Positions 59,352-64,000 of a stretch of DNA of 64,000 nt are shown in pieces. Source of the DNA: Squalus acanthias. Taxonomy: Eukaryota. Made by a program: the position numbers and the translations under genes. The notes beneath the pieces are model-generated. The model was not told where the DNA came from. It saw only the letters and a list, made by a program, of their open reading frames with translations, and ran no database searches. Each line of letters starts with the position of its first letter. Positions within the stretch are counted from its first letter, which is position 1. The stretch lies in assembly GCA_030390025.1 (NCBI GenBank), contig CM059432.1, positions 121,088,001 through 121,152,000 of the forward strand. Direction: 5' to 3'.

Positions 59352-60020
59352 AAAGCTCCCTCTACACTGTCCCATCAAACACTCCCGGGGCAGGTACAGC
59401 ACGGGTTAGATACAGAGTAAAGCTCCCTCTACACTGTCCCATCAAACACTCCCAGGGCAGGTACAGCACGGGTTAGATACAGAGTAAAGCTCCCTCTACA
59501 CTGTCCCATCAAGCACTCCCAGGGCAGGTTCAGCACGGGTTATTTACAGAGTAAATCTCCCTCTACACTGTCACATCAAACACTCCCAGGTCTTCTACAG
59601 CACGGGTTAGATGCAGAGTAAAGCTCCCTCTACACTGTCCCCATCAAACACTCCGAGGGCAGGTACAGCACGGGTTAGATGCAGAGTAAAGCTCCCTCTA
59701 CACTGTCCCATCAAACACTCCCAGGGCAGGTACAGCATGGGTTAGATACAGAGTAAAACTCCCTCTACACTGTCCCATCAAACACTCCCAGGGCAGGTAC
59801 AGCATGGGTTAGATACAGAGTAAAACTCCCTCTACACTGTCCCATCAAACACTCCCAGGGCAGGTACAGCATGGGTTAGATACAGAGTAAAACTCCCTCT
59901 ACACGGTCCCATCAAACACTCCCAGGGCAGGTACAGCATGGGTTAGATACAGAGTAAAGCTCCCTCTACACTGTCCCATCAAGCACTCCTGGGGCAGGTA
60001 CAGCATGGGTTAGATATAGA
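59352..60020. repeat. Minisatellite, 10 x 67 bp
   Basis: Unit AAAGCTCCCTCTACACTGTCCCATCAAACACTCCCAGGGCAGGTACAGCACGGGTTAGATACAGAGT, with starts at 59352, 59419, 59486, 59553, 59620, 59688, 59755, 59822, 59889 and 59956. Confidence 0.97.
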
Positions 60021-61708
60021 TTTTGACTTTTGAAAAATTGTCAAGGTGCCAAACAGGCTGCCGATTCCCTGTCGGCTATTGTACACTATCGCACAAAGTC
60101 AATATTACCCCCCAAGTGTTTTTGAGCAGGTTCAGTTCTCAGAACACTATTTTACAGCTCCATGTTTGCTGCTCGGTCTGTTAATGTAGTAGCAGATACA
60201 AATAAGTGCTGCAGTGAAAACTGTTCAGATGGGTTTCTAGATTTTCATTAATAAACTTTATTAAAGACAATAGCACAGGCATTCTTTGTGATGCAATAGC
60301 GTCCCATGGACAGAACATCAGAGCACACTTCTGTTTACCAATATGACAGTGATTGATAGTAAATATAAGAACACATTTTGAGTTAAACTGAAGTCATTTT
60401 GTTTTTCGATGAATTTCAAGAAGGGACCAAACAGTTGCAGCAAACATTCGGTGTTCATTACTAGTCAGAGATATTATTCAATGTGTTTTGCCATCTAGAA
60501 ATATATTGGAAAGCACTAATGAAATAGATGGGCTTGTCACAGAGTTGTGGAGATAATATTATCCTACTTTCCCTCAGCACTCAAACTATACCAGCTGGCC
60601 CAACATATTTCATCATATATTTATATCTCATATGTTATTTAATGAGGTGAGTTCATATTTTTGATGACAACTATGGAAAAGTATGAAAGTAGAAAACTTG
60701 CCTTGATGACATTTATCTATTTAATATTCAGGTTACTTGACAAATGAGTGTGACACATCGCACGGCATATTTAGACTGTTTACAAATCACAAATATTCCA
60801 GCAGTTCATTGGAAAACAAAAATACATGACCCAATTCTATTCCCAGACAGTGGAATCACATATAACAGAGAGCTCACATCAGGAAACTACAGTGTCCTGA
60901 AGCATAGAGGTCTGACAACACTAAATCACTGGTAGTTTAAAGCTGTCACACAAAACCAAATTGCATTTTGTGTTTTATTGTGGAAAGTAATAGCTATCTG
61001 GGAGGAAGTTACAGGCAGCAGCATCGTGTAACGTAGATGAACAGTCTGGAGTTTTGCTCTTGTGTTTTATTATGCCATCTGAAGCATCTAATTGTGTTCT
61101 GTAAGACTCCCCTAGTTGGGTATATACGCACAACTGTGTTTTAAGTTTAAAGAAAGAGCTAATATTTCCATATTGTTTCAACAGATGAACACTGCAGGTC
61201 ATCATTTTGCAACGATTTGGCTTAAGATGAAATAGCTTAGCTCCATGCCTTCTGAGCTATGCAGATTGTAATTATACACTAACGAAGTAAGAATTAATTC
61301 CAGTGAGTATATAATACATTTGAATTTATGGTGTTATTTCAATGGAAAGTCAAAAAATCTCAATGCTACAAGATGCTGACCTTTTCTGAAAGATATTAAG
61401 GAAATAAGTTACTGATAAATATGATGGAATCTACTTGTTATACACCTGACTATGTGGTAATCTTGTAAAACTGAATACTTCCTATTCTTATTTATATATA
61501 GATTCCTGCTGTTTTTCCCAATGTTTTCCCCTTCTTCCCTGGAATTGGTGACTCATGCTGGGATACAGGTTTGATTTCACATTTCCAGTAGGGAGTTGAG
61601 CTCATAGGAGGTGTGCATTGAAGAATCGAGACTACAATATTGTAGTCCTGTTGCCAACGTGTGCTCCGTTTGACTGCAGCTTCCCCACTGGAAGTGTAGG
61701 ATAAAACT

Positions 61709-62417
61709 TGGGAAAAATTGGGTATCGCCCATTTTGGAGCGCTAATATCGGCCAGGCGCAAAGTTTAGCGCCCGGCACTCATTATCGCATCCGACTGCAA
61801 AATTCGCTCTATCACCCCGGAGTTGATTTGAGCGTTAACTCAGGCGCTACACACCTCTCTTAAGGCGCAAATGTCAGGGAGCGAGGTGCTACCTCAGAAC
61901 TCTACCGAAGCTCAGGCGATGTCAGTTACCATGGAAGCCAGACAGACTGGCGCTGTCCAGTTCTTAAAGGGGAGGGGCCATCTTGCTGGCCAGCCACACC
62001 CTGCTCATTGTTGCCTTGAATCTCGGCCTGGAGAGACCTCTAAAGCAATTGTGTTGGAAGCACTAATGGATAGGCCCACAGAAAGAGCTCGGCGCTTAGG
62101 AACCTCGAAAGTGGTGCTGAGGGCCAAAACTCCTTAGGACAGCATTAAATCTCTCCAGACATCTCTCTCCCTCTCAACCTGTGTGTACCAAAAATTTTGC
62201 TGACAAGAAAAGGCAAGAAGTGCTACTCAAAATCTGGTCCGGGGTTTTGCACGCTCGACTGACGTCACGATCTGCGGGCGCAGGGGATCATGGCAGTAGT
62301 GTTTACCAGTGCTGCAAAATGACTGGTCAATTTCGCGAGCGGCACTAAGATTGCCGCGCTCGGGGGCTGTGTTCCTAGCGCCCCCTGGAGGCGCTAACCA
62401 GCCGAAATTTTCCCCCA
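61709..62417. mobile_element. GC-rich Harbinger-type MITE
   Basis: Termini TGGGAAAAATT / AATTTTCCCCCA, with subterminal GCGCTAA motifs at both ends. Confidence 0.6.
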
Positions 62418-62764
62418 TAGTTCCACAGGAGACCTTTGGTACATCACCCAAGTAGCTATTTTTCATGTATAAACTTAGACAGTTGCATGCTTGCAGTCAG
62501 TTTAATGATTGGATAAATACAGCTGAGCCAGATCCAGTCCTCACATAATATCTAAACCTGCATACTTTCTAGAAGGAGTCACTGGCTTGCAATCAAGAAT
62601 GGGAGCTTGGTCTGATTTTGCCCCTTGCTACCCCAGGGACATTGAAGCCAATTGTGGCACCCACCACCATTACATTGTTCTTTCTCTCCTTCATGTCACA
62701 CCAACTCCAGTGGAAACTCTAATTCTATTGCTTCTTCTTTGGCAGTTGTGCAAGCTGAATTAAA

Positions 62765-64000
62765 AGCCCTGATTTTAACTCGGGGCGGGATTTGGACGAG
62801 AGGCAAGCCCACATGACGTCGCAAGAGTGAGGCTGGGTAATTTTAACTCCCAGGCCTCATTTTAATAGGATTGACGGCTGCCCACCTGATCATGTCGGGA
62901 AACGGGCAGCCCGTTCTTTTTCGCTGCACAATTTCTTGCAGGGCTCCCCAGGCATTCTTAAAGCGGGAATGCATCTCTTAAAGCAAGGTTGCATTCCCCG
63001 CTGTCAAATTTCTTTGAAACATTACCATTGCTGTAATGAGCCACGTGGCTGCCCCCAAGGTTTTCAGATGCCTCTCTGGAAGTCTTGATGGAAGAGGCCA
63101 GGCCAAGGAGGGAGGAACCCCAGAACCCACAGGAGCATACCCAGGGTGACTATGTAGCAGGCCTGGACAAAGGTGGCTGAGAAGGTCAGTGCCAGCAGCA
63201 TCACACCTGGGACCTGCGTTCAGTGTAGGAAAAGTTTAATGATCTCACAAGAGCAGCAAGGTTGAGTACAGCTTTTCATTTCTCCACCTCTCTCAACTAC
63301 ACTTGAAGACACTCTTTTCACCCCTTCCCCCACCACACCATCACATCGTTCAGTATACATTTACAAAGGATACAATGCAGCATCTCTCTTTCTCATTCCA
63401 AAGACACTTCCTTCTACCTTTGCTGCCTTCACACCACCCAATAGCAGCATTCTTTTCCCAGCACAACTTCCTCACATCATATTCTACATACATGGCTTGA
63501 CATTCAGCATTTCCCTCTCCTTATTCTGTCTTGCTTCTTTTCCAGCTCTCAGCAGCTACACGATATGCACAAACCCTACACATCTCCACTTACATTTCAC
63601 TAGCCATTCACTAACTCATCCCCTCTCTTTCTGCAGGACAAGACAGCACATAATGCCAGGGAGTGGAGCAAGACTGTGAAGAGGAGTACCTGATAACAGC
63701 CCTCATCCAAATGGAGCAGGAAGCCCTGGAGATTTGTGGCCCGGGAAAAGTCATGAGCATTGGGGAAGGTGAGGCTGTTAGCTTATGTGAGCAGTGTGTC
63801 TCCATTTTACTTGTAACCCTTCTTTCACCTCAGCAAATATTCAGTAAGCTTCACAACTTCAAGCTGCATTCTGAAGACTGTCACCTGCTAAAGTCCAGCC
63901 TCTCAATGCCATCCAAATTCTTGTCCCTTCTCTCATTCCTCGAGGTCCTACTCAGCACCTGGACCTTTCTGAAGAAGACACCTTAGAGGAGACCAATTCT
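62765..64000 (+). mobile_element. Harbinger element left part with spliced Myb/SANT pseudogene, running off the window
   Basis: Exon 1 (~63045-63260) reads RFSDASLEVLMEE...WTKVAEKVSASS...VQCRK.FNDLTRAA with donor at 63261. The acceptor CTCTTTCTGCAG ends at 63636, and exon 2 reads DKTAHNAREWSKT. Confidence 0.75.

Noticed and set aside
59352..60020. CRISPR-like array
   Set aside because: The units are contiguous with no unique spacers, there are no cas genes, and the context is eukaryotic.

Overview
This is eukaryotic DNA, most likely from a shark or other cartilaginous fish. That inference rests on Deu-type and V-type SINEs, CR1 and L2 LINEs, and Penelope pseudo-LTRs of the kind typical of sharks; the species cannot be determined. 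I could not support any intact host protein-coding gene, rRNA, tRNA gene or CRISPR array. The window is a deeply nested set of decayed transposable elements. It holds a full-length but disrupted Gypsy retrotransposon with 134-bp LTRs (14869-19532) and a probable solo LTR. It also holds L2, CR1 and Vingi-like LINEs, and at least six Penelope-like insertions with minimal hammerhead motifs, three of them in inverted arrangement, including a ~1.2-kb-arm palindrome at 27956-30398. There are several two-gene Harbinger elements (DDE transposase convergent with a spliced Myb/SANT gene), Harbinger-type and hAT-type MITEs, and a 10 x 67-bp minisatellite. The most notable structures are: (i) a ~40-bp Glu-codon tail of a Harbinger transposase replaced by a >1-kb (CCTT)n tract that was later hit by an LTR and a SINE; (ii) a Penelope palindrome whose spacer is copied from a distant part of the same element; (iii) four-level nesting resolved by target-site duplications (TSDs). 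I see no convincing new biological system. Family names come from my recognition of motifs, not from database searches.
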